From: an uncultured bacterium
GTDB taxonomy: Bacteria; Patescibacteriota; Minisyncoccia; Phycocordibacterales; GWA1-40-21
Direction of reading: 5' to 3'
Length of the DNA stretch: 64,000 bases
NCBI GenBank assembly: GCA_903831305.1
Contig: CAIKXE010000005.1
Span: 11,288 to 75,287 of the forward strand
How positions within the stretch are numbered: position 1 is the stretch's first letter; every line of letters begins with the position of its first letter. Below, piece after piece: positions 40,000 through 49,617 of the stretch. The notes beneath the pieces were generated by a model. It saw only the letters and a program-made list of their open reading frames with translations, was not told the origin of the DNA and did no database searches. A program made the position numbers and the translations under genes.

Positions 40000-40572
40000 T
40001 CAGTCTTCGAGACCGAGTTCGCTTGGTTCGGGAAATTCCTCGAGGAGATCTGCAAACTCGATGCAGAACTCTAGGCCAGTTTCCCGATCACTGGCCAGCT
40101 GCGCTAGGACCGCGCCGAAGGCTAGGTGTTGGCCCCTAAAGAGTCGCTTAGCAAACTCTCTCAGGGGAAGCCAGTAACACGAGAGCACCTCAGTGCTCCC
40201 ATTTCCTGGATTCGTTTCCGTAACCTGCCGGGGCGGGGCATCCAGTGCCGGGAGGGCGGAGACCTCCTCCGCGAGGTAGAAATACCTCCGGTGCAGGCCC
40301 CCGGTCCTCCGGTTTGTCCGCTTCTCCACGAGAACGAGACGAGCCGAGATAACCTGTACCCCAGCTTCCGAATTCACCTCCCTCTTCATGGTGAGGTAGT
40401 GGGACTCGTTCCCACCGCTCGACGTGGTCTCGCCCACGCCACCCGGCATCTTCACCTCCTGGTACTTTTCGTCTTGGACACCAAGTACCATGGTGTCCTT
40501 GACCCCCTTTTTGCCACGCATGGCAATAAAGGCGGCGGCAAATGGGGCTTCCTCTTTCAGAATTTCACTCAT
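40000..40572 (-). CDS. Nudix-like protein
   Basis: MPGGVGE..NESHYLTMKREVNSEAG; SD AGGAG; TTGACA-17-TATAAT at 40670-40698. Confidence 0.75.
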   Translation of the reverse strand: MSEILKEEAPFAAAFIAMRGKKGVKDTMVLGVQDEKYQEVKMPGGVGETTSSGGNESHYLTMKREVNSEAGVQVISARLVLVEKRTNRRTGGLHRRYFYLAEEVSALPALDAPPRQVTETNPGNGSTEVLSCYWLPLREFAKRLFRGQHLAFGAVLAQLASDRETGLEFCIEFADLLEEFPEPSELGLED

Positions 40573-40711
40573 AGGACTCTCCTAGTTTTGTGACCTTCAA
40601 ACAATAATAGACACAATGAATTATCATGGGGCTCTTCCACCAGGGAAGGCCTAACTCATATCCTTCACAATTATACACCCAAACATATTATATGTCAAGT
40701 ATATTTAGACC

Positions 40712-41338
40712 TTAAATTAGCTTTTTCAAAAAAGTCTTACGATGCAAGGCTGAAATGCCATACTTTTTGATTGCTTCATAATGCTTTCTGGTACCGTAGC
40801 CCTTATGTTCCTCCAGTCCATAACCAGGATACTTTCGGCTCAGTTTTATCAGCAGATTATCCCGAGTGACTTTGGCCACAATGGAAGCGAGGACAATAGC
40901 CAGCTCTTTCTCATCCCCTTTAATAATAGTTTGCTGATTTTTATATTCTGCTGGCGCTCGTAATCCCCCATCTAATAAAATCTGACAGTCACTTGGTTTA
41001 ATATTTAAACTTTTCAAGCAATTCTTAAGACAATTATTTATCGCAAAAACTATCCCCTTTTTATCTATCACCTTATTGCTTTCCAAACACACCTGGTAAA
41101 TAATATTTCCTTTTTCCTTTTCGCTCTCAATTTTCTCTAGCCATTTTAATCTTTGTTTATGAGAAAGTTTTTTTGAATCCCGAAGCCTCTTTGTCCTGAG
41201 TCTTACAAGAGGACAAAATTCTATATTATTAAACCCCGGCCGAATACCCAAGGCACACACGGCCACCGGCCCCGCTATCGGCCCCCGCCCCACTTCATCT
41301 ATACCTATTTGATATTTAATTTTATTGTTTTTCATCAA
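40712..41338 (-). CDS. rnhB: ribonuclease HII
   Basis: GIDEVGRGPIAGP, DSKKL, KGD, ASIVAKVTRD, HKGYGT. Confidence 0.96.
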   Translation of the reverse strand: MMKNNKIKYQIGIDEVGRGPIAGPVAVCALGIRPGFNNIEFCPLVRLRTKRLRDSKKLSHKQRLKWLEKIESEKEKGNIIYQVCLESNKVIDKKGIVFAINNCLKNCLKSLNIKPSDCQILLDGGLRAPAEYKNQQTIIKGDEKELAIVLASIVAKVTRDNLLIKLSRKYPGYGLEEHKGYGTRKHYEAIKKYGISALHRKTFLKKLI

Positions 41339-41347
41339 CTAAATCAC

Positions 41348-41494
41348 ACCACCTCCCCTCGCCGACCTGCTTCGCCGACTCAGCAAGACGAGCTCGGTAC
41401 TCCTCCTAAGAATAGGCGGAGATTAAAACGGAGAGTTCGGCGGGCGGCATCTCCTCCTTATTTAGGAGGAGTGGCATTCTGATGACGAGGTGGT
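41348..41494. repeat. REPIN-like inverted doublet
   Basis: accacctc..actcctcctaa ... ttaggaggagt..gaggtggt. Confidence 0.7.
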
Positions 41495-41495
41495 A

Positions 41496-41867
41496 TTATT
41501 TCTTCCCCCGTCTAAATAACTTCCAAATAATAAAAATAAGAACAATAACACCTAACCCGATACCGATAGTAGAAACAAGCCCGGACTTATACCAAGCGGG
41601 GTGAAGCTGTTTCTCAATACTCATAACATACACCGGATTGACCACCAGCCGGGTGGCCCCACCAGCCGTCACATAATAAGGGACGGTTACGGTTTTACCA
41701 TCAGCGGTGGCGGTCACATCATACTTGAGGGCATCACCTAGTTTAAAAGAAACCTCGCCAGCTTTATTCGTCACTTCCACAGCACTGGATGGAGTGATAG
41801 AGACCCGAGCCCCCTCGGTGGGCTGACCATCAGTATTCAAAACAATCACGGTTAAAATATTTTCCAT
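41496..41867 (-). CDS. small beta-sandwich protein with C-terminal TM anchor
   Basis: GQPTEGARVSI..TNKAGEV.F resembles the carboxypeptidase-regulatory-like fold; TM helix plus basic tail. Confidence 0.7.
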   Translation of the reverse strand: MENILTVIVLNTDGQPTEGARVSITPSSAVEVTNKAGEVSFKLGDALKYDVTATADGKTVTVPYYVTAGGATRLVVNPVYVMSIEKQLHPAWYKSGLVSTIGIGLGVIVLIFIIWKLFRRGKK

Positions 41868-41893
41868 AATTTTATTATTATATTATAGCATGA

Positions 41894-44800
41894 TTAATAA
41901 ATCTCACCACGTAAACGACGCCAAATAAAGAAAACAAACCAGCCCAAAAATAAGAGCCCCGTAAAATCAATCACATACCACCATTTGCCTAAACCACTAT
42001 TCTCAATCACGACAAATGGAGCGCTCGGTGCCGGTGGATTTTCACTAGGAATAATAGTTACTTCATTTTTATTCTTAATAGGATTTGGCTCCACTGTTTC
42101 TCCTGTCCCTGGTATGACCTTGGCTGGTGTTTCAATATTCTTGGTTGGTGAAATAACATCGGTCCTAGGTACAGTGATTAATACTGGGGCCGGGGCCAAC
42201 GGTATATTTACCACTGGACTGACCGGTACCAAAACCGGCTGGTAACCACGACTACCAGTGGTGTTTGACACTCTAGTGACGGGCAAAGTAGCCGAGGTAT
42301 TATTGACTCCGCTTCGGCCCAAGGCGTTCACCGCACTAATCCTAAAATCATAACTCACATTATTTGTCAGCCCGGTTATAGTAACGGTAGTGACCACGGA
42401 CACCCCATCCGCAAAGATTGTCCACACCGCTGGTTCACTCGTCAGCTTATATTCAATCACATAATCCGTGATATCTAATCCCCCATCATCAGCTGGAGCC
42501 AGCCAAGACAAAACGACACTCGTATTCCCCGCCACCGCCGTTACGCCACTTGGGACATCCGGCACAGAAACCGGTGTCACCGAGTTTGAAGGTGGAGAGG
42601 AAGATAATCCGGTGCCGATAATATTAGTGGCGGTCATGGTGAAGGTATAGGCGGTGCCATTCGTCAGCCCGGTCACTACAATCGGCGTAGTCAGTCCGGT
42701 CCCCGTCAAACCGCCAGGGCTAGAAGTGACAGTATAATTGGTAATAGCGGTTCCACCATTGGAAGCGGGAGCGGTGAATGAAATTGTAGCCTCAGCATTA
42801 CCGGCCACGGCTGAGACCCCTGTTGGTGGATCCGGGAAGGTGGCCACGGCCGTAAAGGATGAAAAAGCATACGATGATTGCGAACCATACAAGACACTGA
42901 TATGAAAATAATATTCCCCCGGAGTCAGTACGGTAGAGGTAGCCGTAAAGTCATAATTTTCATGCGAATCAATAAGTTTGGCATTAGAAGCACCAAAAAC
43001 ATCATTCCCTCCTCCACACAGATTATCCACGGCATCCGTCACACACCAAGTATATTGATATTCATATTCCACCAAACCTTCATTGGTAATTCGAATATTT
43101 GTACCGATACTGGAGTTAGTCAAATCAGGAAAACCTTGAATAAAAACTTGGGCCGGTTCACCAGGCGTGGCACTGACCGAATCACTCACCGTACTAGTAC
43201 CAATAATATTTTTAGCACTGACCCGGAAATCATATGACGTACCGTTAGACAATCCGATCACATTGGCAAACTTATCCACGCTTTCTCCATCATCAAATGC
43301 CACCCAGCTACCGCCCGTCGTCAGCTCATACTCAATAACATAATCTGTAATAGCACTCCCGCCCGTGGAAGCCGGGTCAGACCAAGTCAAATCAATACGG
43401 CTACCTTTTACCACGGCAGCGAGATTAAGGGGGGCGCTAGGCGCCGTTGGCAAAGTGATAGCGGAGGAAGGATCAGAAGCCAGGCCGTCCCCCACATCAT
43501 TTACAGCTATCACGGTGAAAGTATAAGTGCCTCCATTGGTCAGACCAGTCATAATATGAGAAAGACCCGTTGAACTAGCATTAGAATCCGTCCCACCATT
43601 ATTGGAATAAACAGTATAGCCGGTAATGGCACTACCACCAGTGGATAAAGGCGCAGAGAAAGTTACCGTGGCCTGGGCATTACCCGCCACGGCCGTAACT
43701 CCGGTGGCCTTACCCGGCACGGTGGCTGGTGTCACGGGATTTGACGAAGTAGAAACCGGTCCATCACCAGCCACATTGGTCGCTTTCACCGTAAAAGTGT
43801 ACTCAGTACCATTGGTCAGTCCACTGATAATAATCGGCGAGGCACTACCAGTCTGAATAATTGCTTGTGGATCAGAGGTGACCGTATAGCCAGTGATTAT
43901 AGAACCACCGTCAGAAATAGGAGCCGTAAAACCAACCGTCACCTGACCATTGCCGCGTAAAACACTGGTGATGACCGGCTGACCGGGGACAGTCCTTGGC
44001 GTGCTACTTACGGGTGGATCACTTGGTGCTCCTGTCCCCGCGGAGTTATAGGCCGAAACTCGGAAGTCATATAGAGAACCATTTACCAGATCCACAACCG
44101 TAATTGTGATGGCTGGTGAGGCCGGATGACCAAACTGTGTCCAGCTTTCAGCTGTGTGCAGTTTATATTCAATAACATAATTACTAATTTCCGCCCCATT
44201 ATTGGCGGGGGCTGTCCAAGATAAATCTGCCGAGGCATTGCCTGGTGTGGCCGTAAGTCCAGAAGGGATTCCCGGCACTCCCGCCGGCGTCACCGGGCTC
44301 GAAGATACTGAGGTTTCCGAAGTACCCACCACATTGGTGGCCGTCATGGTAAAAGTATAGGGCGTGCCATTGGTCAAACCAGTCACAATGACCGGTGAAG
44401 TACTGCTTGAGCTGACAATTGATTCTGGGTCTGAGGTAACCGTATAATTGATAATTTCACTTCCCCCGTTTGTCGCCGAGTTACTTACATTCTCCTCCCC
44501 CGCCACTGCATAAAATGTCGCCGGTGAGCTTTGGTTATTATATTCGGTTTTAATCCAGTCCGCTGTACGGACAGTATTAGTTATGCGAACTTCATCGATA
44601 ATGCCGTCAAAATATCTCTCAAACGTTGCAACGTCTTGGACTCCGATTTCAAGCTTATGTGTGTGATCAGGAAGACTTCCTGAACGAGGTGTGGTGTCTA
44701 CTAATAGACCATTTTTATACAGACGTGCATTGGTACCATCATAGGTAACAACAAAATATGCTAAAACGTCTTGTGTGAGCTGACCAGCTACTGTAATCCC

Positions 44801-47800
44801 ATTTAAAACCGTGTCATCGACATCATAAACGATGCTCGTGCCAGAAGTTTGTAGCGTGTAGCCTCCGCTAGTACTGTATCCATTTTTTCCAACAATGGTG
44901 TCTCGATTAGACGCAGTGACATCATGTGGGCTTACCCAGGAGCCAAAAGTAAGCGCGGTTCCCGTGACCACTTCAGCATCACCAATGTCTATATATTTAC
45001 TGGATCCATTAAAACTCCCAGCCCCATTAATTTTTCCTGAGCTCGTTGCTGTTACTCCATGATTCGTTCCGTTATTTACACCCGTCGAATCAACCGAATT
45101 GGTCGGATCGGCCAAATGCCAAACACCTTTGAAATAACTACTACCACCATCATCCCACACTTTTTGTGAGCCGTAAGCCGAGCTTGGCGATGGCTCTGAA
45201 GTTGCCGAAGAGTTACCATAATACATATATATATCTGTATTGGCTGAAGTAGAAAGCACTGGCACTTTGACCCACGCCACCAGCGTGCCAGCTGAATATG
45301 ATTCTATTTCTCTAGCTAATTCTGTAGTGCCATTTGAATCCGTAAACCTAATATCGGTACCGTTAGCATTTATATTTGAGAGACCGGTGAGCGACACCAA
45401 AACCGGAAAATTTGTCTGATTAGTATTCGGCACCTTTGTCTTATCAATCGTAATCTTTTTTCGGTAAAGCCAAGCTTGGTTATACCACACCCCAGCAGAG
45501 GAAACGGTAGGATACGGCAGTGGTGTAAAATTCACTGTCACCTGCCGGTCACCACTTACCGCGCTAGTGATAACCGGCTTTCCGGGAATTGTTTTTGGTG
45601 TACTATTTACTAGTGGTGAACTGGGGCTTCCACTACCCACCGCATTTCTGGCCGTAATTCTAAAATCATAAGACGTACCATTGATTAATCCTGAAATTAC
45701 TGTGGCCGTAATCACGGGTGTCTCTGGGTCAGAATAAATCTGCCAGCTGGCCGGTATGTCAGAAGCGCTGGTAAGTTTGTATTCAATAATATAATCCGTA
45801 ATAGCACTGCCACCATTTGAGGCCGGTGCGGACCATAAAACAGACACTTGTCTATCTCCCGCCGTTGGTGTTACGGCTGTTGGCGCTCCAGGTACAGTGG
45901 CGGGTGTAACGCTGTTTGAAGCCGACGATGCTGGTCCCGTACCCATCACATTGGTGGCTGTCACCGTGAAAGTATAAGGGGTACCATTCGTCAGTCCAGT
46001 GACAATAATCGGTGAGGTGGTGCTGGCGCTGGTAAAACCCCCGGGGCTAGAAGTGACCGTATAAGCGGTAATCGCACTTCCCCCATTAGTGGCTGAATTT
46101 GCCACATTTTCTACTCCCGCCACCGCATAAAATGTCCCCGGCGAGCTTTGGTTATTGTATTCAGTTTTAATCCAATCCGCCGAGCGGGCGGTGTTAGATA
46201 TTTTCACTTCGTCGATGGAGCCATTGAAATAATATGAAGCAATACCTCCTATATTTAAATCAGAAGTAGTTCCTGAAAAATTACTTGCTCCGGATTTATT
46301 TGTCCATAAAACTCCATCAAGATAAATATTCATTGAATTATTTATAGAACTTGAAGTAAGAGTATAATAATGCCAGTTATTATCTGCGCAGTTTGAAGGA
46401 TTTGATTTAGATAATCTTCCATTAACAGCTGCATTACCAAAATCCCAATAAGTATTACCATTAGAATAACACGGATGAAAATTCATACGATTATTAAAAT
46501 TATCTGGATTAAGGATTAATGCAGCTTGTTGAGAAGTTTTATTCATCTTTAACCATATACCTATTGTTATTTCTGAAACTGGAGCAACATTTCCAAAGTT
46601 AGATATTTTAACATAATTCCCCGTTCCATTAAAACTCCCAGCCCCAGCGATTTGCCCTGAAGAAGTTGCTGTTACTCCATTATTCGTTCCATTATTCACT
46701 CCAGTGGAATCAGTACTTGTGGAAGCTCCCGCATTTGCCAAATGCCACACGCCTTTAAAATAATTACTCCCGCCATCATCCCAGACTTTTTGTGAACCAT
46801 AAGTCGAGCTGGGTGAAGGTTCTGAAGTTTGTGACGAGTTCCCATAATACATATAAATATCTGTATTGGCCGAAGTGGAAAGTGTAGGTACTTTTACCCA
46901 AGCCACCAGTGTACCCGCCGAATATGATTCTATTTCTCTAGCTAATTCTGTAGTTCCTGTTGAATCAGTAAATCTAATGTCTGTACCGTTAGCGTTTATA
47001 TTTGAGAGACCAGCGAGCGAGACCAAAACCGGGAAATTAGTTTGATTAGTATTCGGCACCTTTGTTTTATCTATTGTTATCTTCTTTCTATACGTCCAAC
47101 TATTGTTATACCACGGTGCAACGGAAGGGCTAGGTAGCAGGGTAAATGACACGCTAGCCTGCGCATTCCCCGCCGTCGCCGTACCAATAGTCGGCGCTCC
47201 CGGAATGGTGGCGGGTGTAGCCGTCACGGTGGCGCTCGCACTACCTTGACCAAGGGCGTTCACCGCGGACACACGGAAGTCATATGAAGTTCCATTGACC
47301 AAACCGATAATCGTAAAAGTGGTGGTGGTAGAAACCCCATCGGCATAAGTACTCCAGGTGGAAGTGGAATTTAATTTATAATCAATCACATAGTCCGTCA
47401 GTGCCAAGCCCCCGGTATTCCCCGGTGCCGTCCACAATAAACCTATTTGTGTATTCCCCGCCGTCGGCGTTAGTCCCGTCGGCGCATCCGGCACCGTCGC
47501 TGCTTCTTCTGTTGCGGATATCGCAAATGTCCCCGGCGAACTTTGATTATTGTATTCTGTCTTTATCCAATCCGCGGATCGGGCAACGCTAGAGATACGG
47601 GATTCATCAACTAGACCCAGAAAATCATAACCATTATTACTCGCGATTCTACCGATTCTTCTATAGTTATTTTTTAAATTTGCACTATTATAAGTTTCAC
47701 TTACTTTAATTACTCCATTAACGTAAAGTACGGAAGAATTTGAAGAATTATATGTCAGAACCACATGTGACCAACTACCTAATGTAGTAACTCCTGAACC

Positions 47801-48679
47801 ATAGTTCCTACCATAAAATCCTCCACCAATTGAATTTGAGGTCCCTACTTGTGCACCCTGAACTGTTCCAATATATGCCGATTGATTAGGTGATGAATCA
47901 CCAATAGATATAGCGCCAGAATATTTACTAACCGTAGCTGTATTAATCCATGCACTTAATGTAAACGAACTTGCACCAAGTATTGAATTGATTCCTGTGT
48001 CAATGTAATCCCCATCATTGGCAAAAGCAGCACCAGCAATTTGTCCTGACGAAGTTGCAGTTACACCATTATTCGTCCCATTGTTTCCATTACTTGTAGA
48101 ATCTGTGCTAGTTGAATTACCAGCATCAGACAAATGCCACACGCCTTTAAAATAATTACTTCCGCCATCGTCCCAAACCCCCGTAGCGACCGAGGTGGCG
48201 GGAGTGGAGGCCGAGGCGTTTCCATAATACATATAGATATCGGTGTCGGTCGTGGTAGCTAGTGAAGGTATCTTTACCCAAGACACCAGCTCACCAGTGG
48301 ATGACGCATATTTTTCTATCTCATAATTCAGGGCTGTCGTGCCATCAGCGGAAGTAAACAAAATATCCGCCCCGGTGCTCGTCCCCACATGCCCACCAGA
48401 AAATGAAGTGTATTTCAAAGCGGTGGTCGTCGTACTCACCAGCACCGGAAAATTAGTCAAAAGCGTCCCCGTAGAGCTAGCCACCTTAGTATGATCAATA
48501 GTAATTTTAGTTCGGTAACCCCATGCATCATTATACCAGCCAGTTTCCGCATACACCGTACTTATCTGCGTACCCAAAAAAGTAATTATAAGGAAAACAA
48601 ATACGCCACAAACTCTGTAAAGTCCTCTCTCCGCCACAGTCTTGTTTTTTTTATTAAAATTAAAAAACCAAACATGCAT
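41894..48679 (-). CDS. giant surface protein: 3x(DUF2341 + LamG-like) and many FN3 domains, C-terminal TM anchor
   Basis: W.YRKKITID..NFPVLVS..DIRFT, SADWIKTEYNNQ, repeated W.AP..GG.AITDY..EYK and L.NGT.Y.F.V.A.N. Confidence 0.9.
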   Translation of the reverse strand: MHVWFFNFNKKNKTVAERGLYRVCGVFVFLIITFLGTQISTVYAETGWYNDAWGYRTKITIDHTKVASSTGTLLTNFPVLVSTTTTALKYTSFSGGHVGTSTGADILFTSADGTTALNYEIEKYASSTGELVSWVKIPSLATTTDTDIYMYYGNASASTPATSVATGVWDDGGSNYFKGVWHLSDAGNSTSTDSTSNGNNGTNNGVTATSSGQIAGAAFANDGDYIDTGINSILGASSFTLSAWINTATVSKYSGAISIGDSSPNQSAYIGTVQGAQVGTSNSIGGGFYGRNYGSGVTTLGSWSHVVLTYNSSNSSVLYVNGVIKVSETYNSANLKNNYRRIGRIASNNGYDFLGLVDESRISSVARSADWIKTEYNNQSSPGTFAISATEEAATVPDAPTGLTPTAGNTQIGLLWTAPGNTGGLALTDYVIDYKLNSTSTWSTYADGVSTTTTFTIIGLVNGTSYDFRVSAVNALGQGSASATVTATPATIPGAPTIGTATAGNAQASVSFTLLPSPSVAPWYNNSWTYRKKITIDKTKVPNTNQTNFPVLVSLAGLSNINANGTDIRFTDSTGTTELAREIESYSAGTLVAWVKVPTLSTSANTDIYMYYGNSSQTSEPSPSSTYGSQKVWDDGGSNYFKGVWHLANAGASTSTDSTGVNNGTNNGVTATSSGQIAGAGSFNGTGNYVKISNFGNVAPVSEITIGIWLKMNKTSQQAALILNPDNFNNRMNFHPCYSNGNTYWDFGNAAVNGRLSKSNPSNCADNNWHYYTLTSSSINNSMNIYLDGVLWTNKSGASNFSGTTSDLNIGGIASYYFNGSIDEVKISNTARSADWIKTEYNNQSSPGTFYAVAGVENVANSATNGGSAITAYTVTSSPGGFTSASTTSPIIVTGLTNGTPYTFTVTATNVMGTGPASSASNSVTPATVPGAPTAVTPTAGDRQVSVLWSAPASNGGSAITDYIIEYKLTSASDIPASWQIYSDPETPVITATVISGLINGTSYDFRITARNAVGSGSPSSPLVNSTPKTIPGKPVITSAVSGDRQVTVNFTPLPYPTVSSAGVWYNQAWLYRKKITIDKTKVPNTNQTNFPVLVSLTGLSNINANGTDIRFTDSNGTTELAREIESYSAGTLVAWVKVPVLSTSANTDIYMYYGNSSATSEPSPSSAYGSQKVWDDGGSSYFKGVWHLADPTNSVDSTGVNNGTNHGVTATSSGKINGAGSFNGSSKYIDIGDAEVVTGTALTFGSWVSPHDVTASNRDTIVGKNGYSTSGGYTLQTSGTSIVYDVDDTVLNGITVAGQLTQDVLAYFVVTYDGTNARLYKNGLLVDTTPRSGSLPDHTHKLEIGVQDVATFERYFDGIIDEVRITNTVRTADWIKTEYNNQSSPATFYAVAGEENVSNSATNGGSEIINYTVTSDPESIVSSSSTSPVIVTGLTNGTPYTFTMTATNVVGTSETSVSSSPVTPAGVPGIPSGLTATPGNASADLSWTAPANNGAEISNYVIEYKLHTAESWTQFGHPASPAITITVVDLVNGSLYDFRVSAYNSAGTGAPSDPPVSSTPRTVPGQPVITSVLRGNGQVTVGFTAPISDGGSIITGYTVTSDPQAIIQTGSASPIIISGLTNGTEYTFTVKATNVAGDGPVSTSSNPVTPATVPGKATGVTAVAGNAQATVTFSAPLSTGGSAITGYTVYSNNGGTDSNASSTGLSHIMTGLTNGGTYTFTVIAVNDVGDGLASDPSSAITLPTAPSAPLNLAAVVKGSRIDLTWSDPASTGGSAITDYVIEYELTTGGSWVAFDDGESVDKFANVIGLSNGTSYDFRVSAKNIIGTSTVSDSVSATPGEPAQVFIQGFPDLTNSSIGTNIRITNEGLVEYEYQYTWCVTDAVDNLCGGGNDVFGASNAKLIDSHENYDFTATSTVLTPGEYYFHISVLYGSQSSYAFSSFTAVATFPDPPTGVSAVAGNAEATISFTAPASNGGTAITNYTVTSSPGGLTGTGLTTPIVVTGLTNGTAYTFTMTATNIIGTGLSSSPPSNSVTPVSVPDVPSGVTAVAGNTSVVLSWLAPADDGGLDITDYVIEYKLTSEPAVWTIFADGVSVVTTVTITGLTNNVSYDFRISAVNALGRSGVNNTSATLPVTRVSNTTGSRGYQPVLVPVSPVVNIPLAPAPVLITVPRTDVISPTKNIETPAKVIPGTGETVEPNPIKNKNEVTIIPSENPPAPSAPFVVIENSGLGKWWYVIDFTGLLFLGWFVFFIWRRLRGEIY

Positions 48680-48906
48680 TACGGTTTTATTATACCATAT
48701 CTCCCCACCCAAAAACCACTAATTTTATACTTTTACTATTTAAACTATTATTTATATTTATTATCTATCGCAACCACTTTAATTTTGTTAAATTTTAGAT
48801 ACCTACTTTAAAATGTCTTCTAAAAATATCAGAAATGTCTTTAAAATATCTGATTAATTAATACCAATTGATATCAATTAATATCAATTGGTAATAATTG
48901 GTATTA

Positions 48907-49043
48907 ATCAATTACATTATCTCTCTGTACACTCACGGACGGCCGTCAACGAGTGTACAGCAATGATAAATACCCAAAATAAACTTTTCTATCAATTACA
49001 TTATTTCTCTATACACATCTGAACGGCCGTCAACAAGTGTACA
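48907..49043. repeat. two 53-bp direct repeats (period 84) with an ACGGCCGT-centred palindrome
   Basis: 48907-48959 and 48991-49043. Confidence 0.88.
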
Positions 49044-49062
49044 CCAGTTTAATTAAGCTTTT

Positions 49063-49548
49063 CTATTTTACTATTTCTTTTTTCTTGACCGTAAAAATCC
49101 TAATCATATCTGCAATCCCCAGATCCCGCAGTCGATGAAGAAAATCCAGTGGCAGAGGTCCAGGACCAAACCACAAGCTTTGTTGTAAAATACTATAGTT
49201 AAATATTTTCAGCTGGTTACGAAGCCAGGACCTGGCCTTTCTATTATTTTCCGGAATATCAAAAGCGACCAAGGTATTCTTCACGGCATGTATTCCGAAA
49301 GGACAAGTAATATATTGCGAACCCATCCTCGCTATTTCCCTTCTGCCGCGATTAGTAATACTCCAACCGACTGCACCCTTACTCACATATTGCTTTTTAT
49401 GTAAACGAGAAAGGGTGGTGCCTAGGCTTCCTTCATCTATATCCGCTAATGATTCAGCTTGCATTAGCTTTTTATAAGTCGCCGTATTACGACCGCTCAT
49501 CAAAAAAGCTAAAATAAAATGTGTAATACTATTTTGTCTTATTCCCAT
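49063..49548 (-). CDS. PaaX-like protein (wHTH + Cas2-like domain)
   Basis: TLSRLHKKQYV..WSITNRG; LVAFDIPE..RKARSWLR..L...LQQSLW. Confidence 0.8.
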   Translation of the reverse strand: MGIRQNSITHFILAFLMSGRNTATYKKLMQAESLADIDEGSLGTTLSRLHKKQYVSKGAVGWSITNRGRREIARMGSQYITCPFGIHAVKNTLVAFDIPENNRKARSWLRNQLKIFNYSILQQSLWFGPGPLPLDFLHRLRDLGIADMIRIFTVKKKEIVK

Positions 49549-49560
49549 ACCTACTATTTT

Positions 49561-49600
49561 AACATAGTTGGACGGCCGTCCACAATTGTACAGAAGAGAG
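49561..49600. repeat. third, inverted copy of the GACGGCCGTC palindrome in the PaaX-like promoter
   Basis: acatagttggacggccgtccacaattgt abuts TGtTAAAAT (-10 at 49556-49561). Confidence 0.85.
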
Positions 49601-49617
49601 GATTGTATTTTAGTCCC

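Noticed and set aside
40126-40593. 155-aa plus-strand ORF and other antisense ORFs (e.g. 13391-13876, 27011-27415, 56065-56469)
   Set aside because: Shadow frames opposite well-supported genes, with no motifs or expression signals.
41894-48679. Diversity-generating retroelement target in the giant protein
   Set aside because: No reverse transcriptase seen and repeat differences are not adenine-specific.
48907-49548. CRISPR array with cas2
   Set aside because: Only two imperfect 53-bp repeats and no cas1 or effector genes. The protein has a wHTH N-terminus typical of PaaX-like regulators.
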